Origin: Phoronis australis
Lineage: Eukaryota > Animalia > Phoronida
Assembly: GCA_002633005.1 (NCBI GenBank)
Contig: NMRA01000211.1
Location: 164,262 to 228,261, forward strand
Length of the DNA stretch: 64,000 bases
Direction of reading: 5' to 3'
Positions 13,768 through 26,076 of the stretch are shown piece by piece (the first letter of the stretch is position 1; each line of letters begins with the position of its first letter). The position numbers were made by a program, and so were the translations under genes. The notes below the pieces were generated by a model. It searched no databases and was not told the origin of the DNA. It saw only the letters and a list, made by a program, of their open reading frames with translations.

Positions 13768-13832
13768 GTACCACAGACTTGAACTCACGACCTGGCGGAT
13801 AGAGCGCGCGTGCTTTACCACTACACCACCAC
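13768..13832 (-). mobile_element. tRNA-derived SINE head or tRNA-like relic
   Basis: Minus strand GTGGTGTAGTGGTAAAGCAC...GAGTTCAAGTC gives A and B boxes, but there is no clean cloverleaf. Confidence 0.55.
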
Positions 13833-14616
13833 GATTTAACTTCTAATCTGGTGCTAAGAGACCTACTTGTTTATGGTCCACAGCGTTTGCGCGCGAAACC
13901 TTCTTCTTTTTGTAATGCTTATTACATGTTTTATGTTTTGTACAATCGGTTCTTAAGAAATTTGTTGTATTTAAAATAGTCTTCAAATGCCCAAAAGACT
14001 AAATCCGTTTTTCGTGTTGGCAATAATGACGGGATTGCTTTGGAAATCGTCTTAAGTTAAGTTTTGACAAAGAGAGAATTGTGAGTTTCTTTTTGATTCA
14101 CCAAAGCTTCGATTAAAATTCACATCTTACCAGTAGTTTCTGTTTTTTCATCGTCACTCAGGTTCCATTTTCTTTAAAAAAATGAAGTAAATTTTCTTCA
14201 TTGCACAGTGGAACAGACGACGGAAACAGACTCGTGGTGCGCAGCGCCATTGCCGGTTGCCTGGGATATCGCGGGAGAGCTTTTACTTTTTTTTCTTTTA
14301 ATATTTATTACGAAATCTTCAGAATACAATGAATATACATAACCCAGAAAGCGCCAAGAGGCATTAGATCTGGGTAAAAAAATACAAAGAAGTTTATATA
14401 CAATGATTATATACGAATACATAAATAAAAAACTGATGTTAAGAATACAATGATATGTGACAACGAATGAAAATAATTCATTTTCATACAGATGTATAAA
14501 ATTCTATCCACTCACACAAAGAGATTTAATGTTATAAAGAAATTCTGATACTATTTCAAATAAAACCATATTTTCGTTTGAGTTAAGTTCTTGACATCCA
14601 TATAGAAAGAAATTAA

Positions 14617-15023
14617 NNNNNNNNNNNNNNNNNNNNNNNNNNNNNNNNNNNNNNNNNNNNNNNNNNNNNNNNNNNNNNNNNNNNNNNNNNNNNNNNNNNN
14701 NNNNNNNNNNNNNNNNNNNNNNNNNNNNNNNNNNNNNNNNNNNNNNNNNNNNNNNNNNNNNNNNNNNNNNNNNNNNNNNNNNNNNNNNNNNNNNNNNNNN
14801 NNNNNNNNNNNNNNNNNNNNNNNNNNNNNNNNNNNNNNNNNNNNNNNNNNNNNNNNNNNNNNNNNNNNNNNNNNNNNNNNNNNNNNNNNNNNNNNNNNNN
14901 NNNNNNNNNNNNNNNNNNNNNNNNNNNNNNNNNNNNNNNNNNNNNNNNNNNNNNNNNNNNNNNNNNNNNNNNNNNNNNNNNNNNNNNNNNNNNNNNNNNN
15001 NNNNNNNNNNNNNNNNNNNNNNN
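14617..15023. other. Assembly gap
   Basis: Run of N. Confidence 1.
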
Positions 15024-16009
15024 ATGTGCTATTCGACCAGTGCAGGCTTAAAATTCATGATGGTAGAACTTTATGAATTTCCTGCTGAAGTTAAAGACAA
15101 TGTCATTGAAGTTGTTGATTTCCAAGCTCAAGACTTTCTACAAAATTGTGGTGCATTGCTGACAAACTTTGCTGTTAAATTACGATCATTTTACAGAAAA
15201 TTGTGCATACGTAAATCCCAGGGCGAAATCTCACCGATTGACTGCCTCTCAGTCGTCGGTATTGCAACTTGAGTGCTTGAATAAAAATACTGTTTCAACT
15301 CAAGCAAATTACTAGTACTGATAGCGTCCCTAAGATTTTTAAGTTCCTGGAGAGTCGGGAATAACGACAGGTTAAGTCCAAATCTGTGCTAGATCGTGCC
15401 GTCCTGATGATCATAGGCCTACCCTGTAACTCGAGAAAAAATCTCTGGACATGTTGTTGTCACGTGATATTTGTTTTGAAGTTCGTCTGCGTGTATGAGT
15501 AAGCGAGCCCCTGCGTATCACCAGAGTTCATTTGCCAGAGTAAACGCAATCTAACAAGCTACATGTGCATTGTACACAATCAGAAAGCATTCATGTTTCA
15601 TTCAGCACTTGCCGGTCTCATCTGCAAAAAACGTTCGACAATTGTCTCGGTAGCGTCCACATTAGTCGTCGTGTGGCTAGATGCATAGGTGACTGTCTGA
15701 CAGTTATTTTTCGGTGTAAGGGTGTTTAAGCATTCACTGTCAGTAGTCATTTTATCGGATATTTGGCTTTAAAAACATCAATTATGATAAATCAAACAAC
15801 CCCTCTTAAAAATAAGGCAAATTTTTTTATGGTGTTAGAAGTTTTCGGAAATTAGTGCCAATATTTATTTCTTGCTGATGCTGTAATACCCGTTTCATGA
15901 ATGGATAGTTCCCAACTAATGTCTTCGATGAAAGCCGGTACATGTATGTAGAGCACACTTCCTGGTCACGTGCTTTTAACCCTGGTCGAAATTTTTTATT
16001 AGTCATCGA

Positions 16010-16423
16010 TTTGCAGTTTTCACGTGTACGAAGAAATTTGGATTCCTGTTGAGGGCGGGAAATATCTACAATACATTCCTGTTGACAAGTACGCTGCGTC
16101 TGTTCTTAATGGCCAGACCATAGTACGACACATTCCTCGCAAGATCAGCAAAACTTGCATTCTTTTTGAGGTATGGCAGAAGTTTGATGTGTATAGTCTC
16201 GGCTGAATACCGACCGTGGTCTACAAATTACGCACACAATGATTTTTTTCAGGTCTGTCGGATATTACTGATAAATGGAAGACATTATTGTAGAATTTTA
16301 GGACTGTAGGTAAGGCATTTTTTGCATGTACACATTCATGGACTGGGCGCTTATTTTAGCAAAGTGTGAAAACCTCTGGGCGGCGCTTATAGGGGCATGG
16401 GCGGTTATTAGTGCGAATACGGT
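16010..16423 (+). pseudogene. Decayed HIRAN-like coding fragment next to a pogo/Tc1-like terminus
   Basis: SFHVYEEIWIP...DKYAASV..GQTIVRHIPRKISKTC resembles the HIRAN-like pattern FHVYxxxW...DxxAVxV...VGHIP. The region ends in gcgaatacggta. Confidence 0.5.
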
Positions 16424-16540
16424 ACGAAGTTTAAAAATTTTGTTATGCACAGGAATTTTACTACCATCTTCCCGACTTTCACTTACAACTGTGAAAGAGC
16501 TTGTCGAGAAAATTGTGGATTTTGTGGGAGTCCCTTAAGT

Positions 16541-18140
16541 CAAGGCTTGGAATTTTCTGCGGAAACGCGTATTTCCGCTTTTTTCTTTTATTCCCTCCGT
16601 GTATTTTCGTTATACTTCCGCGGAAAAAAAATCGAATTTGCCATAAAATTATCGCCGCAAATTGGTTTCTCACCGCGGCATTGCCGACGGCTCGAAAAGC
16701 GGAAACTGCTTTTTATGTTTCGGAGGAACGAAAATTGTAATAGTGGATCACAGGCGCTTGAATTTCCCGATGACTCGTAACCACACACAAGAAACATGCA
16801 TTCTTAGTAGTGAGTGACGTCAGAGGCAATCTAGGAACAGATAAACTCAAGCGCCTGTGTCTGGGATAGCGTGGTTCATCAATGGCGTCTGCATTTGGTA
16901 TAAAATCGCAGCGACAAATAGTGCGATTCTGCAGTCAAAAATGCGTGGAGCGAGGAGTAGACAGCATATTTCGTGGAAAAGTGGATAATAGAAACGGTCA
17001 ATGTCTTCACAAACAGCATAAGTCAAGGTTTGTGCTCTGTAAACTTTGAGAGAGGAACGTTTACTGAGTGCGTGGGCGAGTCGCCTCGGCCGGACTAAGT
17101 TGGAGTCGGAGGACCGACTGAAAACGGATGAAACACTAGAAATAGCAATGCTTCCTGAAAGTAAATTCAACTGTAACCGGTTATTCGTTGGATTGGAATC
17201 GTAGGATGTGAGTGATGTATGAAATTCTTTTGTTTGATCCCACACGCACGCCCGTTGCTATTAGCTGCTAAGCCTTACGCCTTAGGCTAAGGCCTGACTG
17301 CTTGAGTGCGATTTTCTATGTGCCGCCGAAACAGGATACAAAGTGCTATTTCTGTTACTGCAAATGCGTTTTAAATTGCCTTTTATGTATTTCAATTTAT
17401 TTTGACATTTTTCGTGTTCTATTTTGTGACTCAAGTTTTGCAGTTTTAGAGAAGTGATCACGTGGCAGATTCTGAATGATCTGATTGGTTTAAGCCATTG
17501 TTTAGAAATTCTGCCAGCCTATTTTCAGTGTCCTCACTGATAGTTGTTTCTTATGTCACTTAGTTTCTTCTCCACCAGCCTGGCTTATGAACAATTAACT
17601 CCTGTAATTACTGTTTGGACAACTTAGGATTGTGATTGATGCATTCTGTAAACTGTATGTTGTTTTTGACTTTCATTTTTCCATGCTAAAATTTGGGGTA
17701 TGAGCCACAGGTTTTCATCTTGACTTTTTTCCATTTGCGTTGTAATTAATTTTTTGTTTGAATTAAATGTGCATATATTTCTGGCTTTCTAGATAATCTA
17801 TGGATCAATTTTCATTTTTTTGTGTAATTTTGTATCGTAATTATAAGAATTGAAAATAATTTTATTGGTCTCCCTCTGTGCAGCAAATCAAGAATAAGCT
17901 CTTGCCACTCAGACTGCACATTTTTCATCATTATTATTTTAATTTTAAAAAGTAATTTTTGTTGTATCTAATTGCCTTCATTGTTGTTGCTGAAATAGAT
18001 GTCAGGTACTGCTTAAGATGAGTGCGTTTTGCCAACACAACACAGTAACTTTCAATCTGTTGAGGTATGGTTTAGATTGAAATGTGTATTTAGGGCCGTA
18101 AAAAATTCCTCTTTTTTGTCATGGGTCATTCCAAGCCCTG
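16541..18140. mobile_element. 1.6-kb non-autonomous TIR transposon with 6-bp TSD (hAT-like termini)
   Basis: TIRs CAAGGCTTGGAAT / ATTCCAAGCCCTG, with TTAAGT on both sides (16535-16540 and 18141-18146). Confidence 0.88.
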
Positions 18141-20222
18141 TTAAGTAGGTAACATATTATTTCTGAAACACAATCGAAGTTGATTGCTGAAATGAAAAAC
18201 AATGTTGCAGTAGACAAAGGAATTGTTATGTTAACCATGTTTTTAATGTATGGGTGGAAAATGGACTGAAACATTTGTGAACCAAAGGTATTAAAACTAG
18301 GACAACTGTTTGTAAGTTAAAGTCACAAACAAATTTGGGTGGAATTTTTGCCTGATTTTGATGCCTACTACATGCTGACTTCATGGCGCCATGTGCAATC
18401 GGAAGTTGCTTATGGAAGCTGAAGGTCACCAAATCGATCGCTGAAGGTACAGCATACAGAATTTGACAGTTGTGTTCATTCTGAGGACACAGCTGCATGC
18501 GATTTTGTGTGAGTGGGATGCAGGATGCACGGGTTGAATGATCACTGCTTTTGTGATGCTTGTATGAATCAAAGAATTTTATTTCTCCATATATGCCTGA
18601 TAATGTGCATAACTCTTTCAGGATTGAATCGTCAGTGCCATGTACTTCAGCTGAATCCTCCGTCTCATCCCCCGACATAATATTTTTTGATGAATGACAG
18701 AGATACTGGGATGTGCCGCCAACCCATCCAACTGTAATTCAACCAAGAATTGTTCAGTTATTGAAGGACAGTGAGGATGACATGGACTGTCCGTCTTGTC
18801 AAGAATTCTAGTAGATCATATGGAGTTCCACACAACTCCAGTATCAGTACAAATTAAGAGTGGCATCTCAAACATAAAGCAATTTGTAAACTAAATGTCT
18901 AGCTTGCATCTCCTGTATTTTGCCAAGATGGTCCACTGATAAAAATAGTGATTATGATTGTGTGAAGGAGATGACCAACAAATAGTATGTGTGGCTGGCA
19001 ACACTTGAAATTCTGGTGTGTTGGACACCCCGGATTTGGAGCATGTTGTCTGCTGTTCTGTGTGGTAAACATGCTGCTGGCAAGAACATTGTTTCTGTTG
19101 TCGGATTTAGGATGATGTCGATGGCAAAAGTGCAGAAGTTAGACTAGCAACACCAATGCTGAGTGAATAGAGATGTATTGAACTATGCTGTATGAAGTGC
19201 GTAATCCAGGATGTCATGGCAGTAGGGTACACTGTCTGGAACCCACGCGCATCCAATTGCTGAACATCCTCTTGCTTCAGACCATGTTCAAAGATGAGCA
19301 TACCCACTTATGGAAATGAAGGAGATGATGATCTATTCCGTGTGTTACTGGACTGTTTCTTTGCATAGATAGCACCAGGCAGGTAGTTTAATGTATAGAT
19401 GCCCCGTGTGACTTACCACTTGTGGAGGCTTTCATGTTGGTTATCTCACATATACGCTGATTTATTTTATTTAGGACCCTACAAAAATGTCCAATTTTCC
19501 CTAACTTTGGAATATGTTTCTCAGAGGGCTGATTGATTCAAACTGAGCTTTCAGGTAATATACTTTGTGCACTGTTCTTCAATTAAGTGCTGTTAGGAGT
19601 TGGTTTTAAATTCGTCCACTTTTCTTACAATGTTCTACGCAATAGAACGTTCCCGGTTTGTACAATAAAATCGACAAAAATGAACTATAACATTTTAGAG
19701 ATTCATCTTGAACATTCAAAGGAAATTCGGTGACATTATTGAAGCCCTTGGTTTGCTAGACCAATCATTCAATGCGCATGTTATTTTCTTTTTTGATGAA
19801 CTTCACTAAAATCACATGATCACATGACCCAATTAATGACAGACTGGTACAAAGGCAGAAATCAAATTCTATGGTGGAAATTGCCTTAAAAGGTCTGCAT
19901 CTTTGTTCTACATTCCCTTCCAAGTTCTCTTTATCAATTACCAATCACCTAAGCAGACTGTTTTGAACAGCAAGTTCATTTTGAAAATGCTTTCCCTGAC
20001 TCCTTTCAAGTTTGCTTTGGCTCCTCTCTTTATTCCACAGGCCAGAATTTAATGAAGTGGAAGGCTATGAGTGTCAGACCAGTGCAACTACCTCTGTGCT
20101 CCCTAATTGCAATTTTTATTTGTTTACCTTTGTGGCTGTATCCACAGACTTCATTGATATGGAACGTTTTATGAACGACACGATGCTGTTTCATTTTTGA
20201 TGAATTTGTTGTCTAGGGGTCA

Positions 20223-21000
20223 TTTTTTATGGGCCCACGTATTTAGATGTAGGTGCATATTGCTGACATCTTTTTGTGTTTGTTTGGCATCCGGCGTCCA
20301 TGGCTATATCTCTTATAAACTCTTACAGGATCATAATGAGATTTGGCTGATGTGCTCCTATGGAAGCTGACAACAGTCATCGACAAGTTTCGGACGAATT
20401 TGACAACTACTGTGACCCCTAGTGGCAGGTAATTGTAATTTTTTTTTTACATTTTGCTCATTATCTTTTTAGTTCCGTGATGGATTTTCATGAAATTTAG
20501 CAAATTCATTTTTCGTACGGAGGCGATGACACCTTTCCGTTTTAAGACACATCCGACATATTCTGTTCCCCTGGTGGCAATTAAAAAATTTTTTCAGTAC
20601 CTTTTTTAAGCATGCATTTCCAAATGCCAAACCGCTCAAAGGATTGTTATGAAAGTTGCAGATGTCTTCCTGATGAGAAGGCCGCGGCTGACAAATTCTC
20701 GGATGGGTTCGAATACTGTGGTGACCCCTAGTGGCAATTTTGTTGGCTTTCTCATTTTCTCTTTAGAGGATTTTTGTGAAATATGGCCGGTGAGGTTCAG
20801 GACAATCCAACTAGAGGTGTGTCTCCTGGTGGCAGTTTCCTATTTTTTCGTTTGCCTATCTACCGAGTTAGTTAATGGATTTTCATGCAAATTAACAAAT
20901 GAAATTGCCCACTTATAAAAAGCCACCCATTGTTGTCCTATGCTGCTCCAATTTCTTCTGCAAGTGCTTAAGTGTAGGCGTACCTCCATTCTCCTACTCA
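20223..21000 (+). mobile_element. Old diverged HINE/Helentron-type element with CTCF-like repeats
   Basis: Head ttttttatgggcccac...gtaggtgcata, followed by ~150-bp repeats containing ccctagtggc or ccctggtggc. Confidence 0.6.
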
Positions 21001-22715
21001 GTCTCGACTGGTGGCACGAATTTCGATGATCTTGCCTGATTTTTGCCGAAGTATTCCTACTCATTTCTGTTTTCTTCCTGTTGTGGCAAACACACTGAAA
21101 GGATTTTTATATAAAATTGGAAGTGAACATGAACTTGGAAACACATTTAAAGGGTATTTTCTGACTTTGATACTCACAGTGGCAACTTTGTTTTAACTTG
21201 GAATATTTCCCAGGTCGCCAAACACCATTTGAGGTCACATTGGCGACCTGCAGGTCAAGCGCTGGTATTATGCTATATCACCTTTCCTTTTTGAAATGGA
21301 CTCGATGTATTCTGCTGCTGTGCCACGTAGTGGCCATTCTCATTGTTTTCTATTGGCCTTCTTGTGTATATGCCAAAGTGTTCCGAGGAGGTGAGAACTA
21401 TCATGAAAATTGGCATATTATGTATTCCTAATAACAAGAGCACGATTGACATGGATTTTCAGATGGGTCCAAGTATGTGGTGCCCCCTTGTGACATTTTT
21501 ATGCGCTCACATATATGTGGACGCATTATGCCGTCATCTCTGTCCGGGTGGCGTCTGTTCGGGGTCCGTCCGTCCGGCGTCGGGCATTCGTTGCTCTAAC
21601 CTCAAAACCGTCGATGTATGTTCATAAAATTTTGCATGCGTTCCTTTCGTGGATGGGACGGCATGAACGAACTTTCGGACGGATTTAAGTACCGGTCTGC
21701 CCCGTAGTGGCAGTTTTATTTTTTTACGCTTTCCTCTATATCTTCAAAGGTTTTCAGCTTATTTTCATAAAATGTGGCATGTTGGCATCTATTAGTGAGA
21801 TGACGCTATCCACCCGTGTATGGATAGATTCAACGTCATTTGCTCCTCCTAGTGGCCATTTTTACTGTTTTTGAGTATGTTTTGGTCGTCCACCCCTCTA
21901 TCAACCAAACCGCTGTGAGGGTGATTGTGGAACTTGGCATGTATGTTCTTACTATGAAGAGGATGACTGACGATGACTTCTGACAGTTTTGATGACTGTG
22001 GTGCCTCCTAGTGGCAGTTTTTTTTTTGGCTTATGGCTGTATCTCCTAAACCGTCTGCAGTATCTTTACTAAATTTAGTAGTGCATTTATATGATGTTGT
22101 CAAACGATGCCAACAACTTTCAGACGGATTTGACTACTGTTGTGCCCCCTGGTGGCAATTTTATTTTTTTATTTTAACCTCTGTATGTTCAAAGCTCCTC
22201 TACGTATTTTCAAATAATTTGGCGTGCAGGCTTCTGTTAGTGTGGTGATGCTATCTTTCGGTTTTCAGATGGAATCTACTTAGTTTGCGCCACATAGTGG
22301 CCATTTTTACCGTTTTCGAGTCTGTTTTTTGGCGTCCACCCCTCTATCAACCAAATCGCTTTTGGGATAATTGTGAAAATTGGCATGTATAATTTTCTGA
22401 TGACTTCAGCTACTGTGACGCCTCCTAGTGGCAGTCTTGTTTTTTGCGCCCATGGCTGTATCTCCTAAACCGTTTCCAGGATGTTTACTAAATTTAGCAA
22501 GTGTATTTATATGATGTTCACAAAGAACAACTGTGACTTTCGGACGGATCTGACTTCTGGTGTGCCCCCTGGTGGCCATTTTAGATTTTACGTTTACCTC
22601 TGTATCTTCAATGGTCCTCAACAGATTTTCATAAAATTTTGAATACAGGCATCTGTTGGTGAGATGATGCTATCCTCTCATTTGTGGATGGAATCGAGGT
22701 ATTTTAAGCATTTTT

Positions 22716-23859
22716 ATGCGCCCACATATTTATATGTGGCCGCATTATGCCGTCATCTTCGTCCGTCCGTCCGGGTGGCGTCCGTCCGGCGTCTGGCATC
22801 CGCTGCTTTATCTCCAAAACCCTTTGACATACGTTCATGAAATTTGGCACATATGTTCCATTCATGAATGGGACGGCATGTGCGAACTTTTCGACTACCG
22901 GTGTGCCCCCTAGTGGCAATTTTAGTTTGTTACGCTTACCTTTGTATCTTCAAAAGTCCTGAACAGATTTCATGAAATTTGGTGTGTAGGCACCTATTAG
23001 TGAGATGACGCTATCCTCCTGTTTTCAGATTGATTCGACATAGTTTGCGCCACCTAGTGGCCATTTTTATTGTTTTCGAGTCTGTTTTTGTGTGTCCACC
23101 CCTCTATCAACCAAACCGCTTAAAGGATGATTGTGAAAATTGGCATGTATATGGTTACTATGTAGAGGACGGTTGACGATGATTTTCCGACGATTTGGAC
23201 TACTGTGGCACCTCCTATTGGCATTGGCAGTTTTGTTTTGTTTTTGTGCCTAACGCTGTATCTCCTGAACCGTTCGCAGGATCTTTACGAAATTGTGTAA
23301 GTATATTTATATCATAATGATGTTAACAACGGATGATGACGACTTTTGGACGGATCCGACTACCAGTGTGCCCCCTAGTGGCAATTTTATTGCTGTTTTC
23401 AAATCTTGTTTTTGGCGTCCATCCCTGTATCAACCAAATCATTTGAAAATTGGCATATATGTTCTCAGTCTGAAGTCCTTTGACTGACTACTGTCAGTGG
23501 CACCTCCAAGTGTTCGTTTTGTTTTGCGCTCATAGTTGTATCTCCTAAATCCACTGCAGGACCTTTATTAAATTTAGTTAGTGTATTTATATGAAGATAA
23601 CAACAGACGACGACGACTTTCAGGCAGATCCAATGGACACTGTACCCACTATTGGCAATTTCATTTTATTCTGTTTTCCTTTGTTTCTCTGAAGTTCCTT
23701 GGCAGATTTTTATGAAATATAGCATGTTCCTGTTTTTGGAAGAATTGTATGTTTTTGTGCCATCTAGTGGCCATTTTTATGATACAAATAAATAACCCTA
23801 AAACACGCCATTTGCAATGCATTCGTGGGCGCATTTCAATGCTCCGCATTGCTCTTGTT
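22716..23859 (+). mobile_element. Complete HINE nested in the outer element
   Basis: ATGCGCCCAC...GTGGCCGCATT...(GTCC)n...GTGGGCGCATTTCAATGCTCCGCATTGCTCTTGTT. Removing it restores cattttt|accgttttcgag, seen intact at ~22302. Confidence 0.85.
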
Positions 23860-24156
23860 ACCGTTTTCGAGTCTGTTTTTGGCGTCCACACCTCTATCAA
23901 CCAAATCGTTCTAAGGATGGTTTTGAAAATTGGCATTTATGTTCTCTGTGTGAAGAGGATGGTTGACGTTGACGACTTTGACGTCTCCCATTGTAGTTTT
24001 GTTTTGTTTTGCGCCCATAGCTGTATCTCCTAAACCCACTGCTGGGTCTTATTAAATTTAGTAAGTGTATTTATAGAGAAGCTAACAACAGGCAATGACA
24101 ACTTTCAGGCGAATCCAATGAACACTGTGCCCCCATGTGGCAGTTTTCATTTTATT

Positions 24157-25691
24157 ATGCGCCCACATATTTATATGTGGACGCATTATGCCGTCATCTC
24201 TGTCCGTCCGTCCGGGCGGCGTCTGGGGTCCGGCGTCTGGCGTCCGGCGTCCGCTGCTCTATCTCCAAAACCCTTTGACATACGTTCATGAAATTTGGCA
24301 CATATGTTCCATTCATGAATGGGATGGCATGTGCGAACTTTCGGACGGATCCGACTACCGGTGTGCCCCCTAGTGGCAATTTTAATTTTTTTACGCTTAC
24401 CTTTGTATCTTCACAAGTCCTTAACGGATTTTCATGAAATTTGGTATGTAGGCACCTTTTAGTGAGATGACGCTATCCTCCCGTTTTCAGATGGATTTGA
24501 CATAGTTTGCGCCACCTAGTGGCCATTTTTAGTGTTTTCGAGTCTGTTTTTGTGCGTCCACCCCTCTATCAACCAAACCGCTCAAAGGATGATTGTGAAA
24601 ATTGGCATGTATATGCTTACTATGTAGAGGACGGTTGACGATGATTTTCCGACGATTTCGATTATGTGGCGCCTCCTAGTGGCTGTTTTGTTTTTTTTGC
24701 GCCTATGGCTATATCTCCTAAACCTTTCGCTAGATCTTTACGAAATTGTGTAAGTATATTTATATGATGTTAACAACGGAAGATGACGACTTTTGGACGG
24801 ATCCTACTACTGGTGTGCCCCCTAGTTGCCATTTTAGTTTTTTACGCTTACCTTTGTATCTTCAAAAGTCCTGAACGGATTTTCATGAAATTTGGTATGT
24901 AGGCACCTATTAGTGAGATGACGCTATCCTCCTGTTTTCAGATAGATTCGACCTAGTGGCCATTTTTACTGTTTTCGAGTCTGTATTTTTGCGTCCACCC
25001 CTCTATCAATTAAACCGCTCAAAGGATGATTGTGAAAATTGCCGTGTATGTGCTTACTATAAGGAAGACAGCTGACAATGACTTTCAGACGATTTGGACT
25101 ACTGTGGCACCTCCTAGTGGCAGTTTTGTTTTTTTTGCGCCCATGGTTGTATCTCCCAAACCGTTTGCAGGATCTTTACTAAATTTAGCAAGTGTATTTA
25201 TGTGATGTTGACAACGGATGCTGATGACTTTAGGATGATTCTGACTACCGGTATGCCTCTATTGACAATTTTAGTATTTGCCTCTAGTGGCAATTTATAG
25301 TATTTTACATTGACCTCTGTACTTTCATAGGTCTTCAGGTGTATACTTTGTGTTACTTCGTGACTTTGAAGGACAAGTTCCAAGTAGAAATTTGTTTCTG
25401 GCATTTTAATGCTGTGCTAATCTCGTATGTTGATAAATTTGATTTTAATTCTATGTTTCTGTGGTGCTTTAAGCAACTGGTGTATAGGATGTGCTTGTAT
25501 TATGAAGATTACTCACACTTTGCCCCTAGCCTATTGAGGAGACAATGACCATGCCTTTCCATTTTGCTAAGTACAACATACTACATATATGCCCTCTACT
25601 GGCCACTTTATGGTACCAATAAACAACCCTAGAAGGATACCGTATGCGGTGCAATTGTGGGCGCATTTCAACGCTCTGCGTTGCTCTTGTT
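24157..25691 (+). mobile_element. Complete HINE nested in the outer element
   Basis: Same termini. Removing it restores cattttatt|ctgttttcc, seen intact at ~23662. Confidence 0.87.
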
Positions 25692-26076
25692 CTGTTTTCC
25701 TTTGTATCTCTGAAGTTCCGTAGCAGATTTATATGAAATTTGGCGAATAGCTTTCTATTAAAGAAGGTATGACATATGCCCATTTTCGGTTGGATTGTAC
25801 GTTTTTTGCGCCATCTAGTGGCCATTTTTATGACCAATAAACAACCCTAAAAGCACACCGTTTGCGATGCATTCGTGGGTGCATTTCAACGCTCCGCGTT
25901 GCTGTTGTTGTGAATGCTGCTGTGTCATTTAAATCCCTTTGCATGATGTTATGGAGGTTAGCTAGTGTGTTTCTAATAACTTGGCAATGCATAAACGGGT
26001 CGTATTACTACTTCACCTCCTCCCAATGCTAATATTTTCACATTTACCTGTATAATCTTTTGTGTTCCATGGCCGA

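Larger units (their letters stand above)
21496..25909 (+). mobile_element. HINE (Helentron-associated, DINE-1/pearl-like) outer element carrying two nested copies
   Basis: 5' subTIR TTTTATGCGCTCAC, inverted copy GTGGACGCATTA, (GTCC)n and central tandem repeats. 3' end GTGGGTGCATT, hairpin CAACGCTCCGCGTTG and CTGTTGTT. Confidence 0.8.

Noticed and set aside
13768-13832. Functional tRNA gene (also 46349-46418)
   Set aside because: A and B boxes are present but the acceptor and anticodon stems are broken, so these were called SINE-like.
18226-19380. 150-aa minus ORF and a plus-strand CVGHPGFGACCL peptide resembling the P2RX7-like Kolobok accessory domain
   Set aside because: The match is short and the other expected motifs cannot be traced; probably decayed coding DNA but not assignable.
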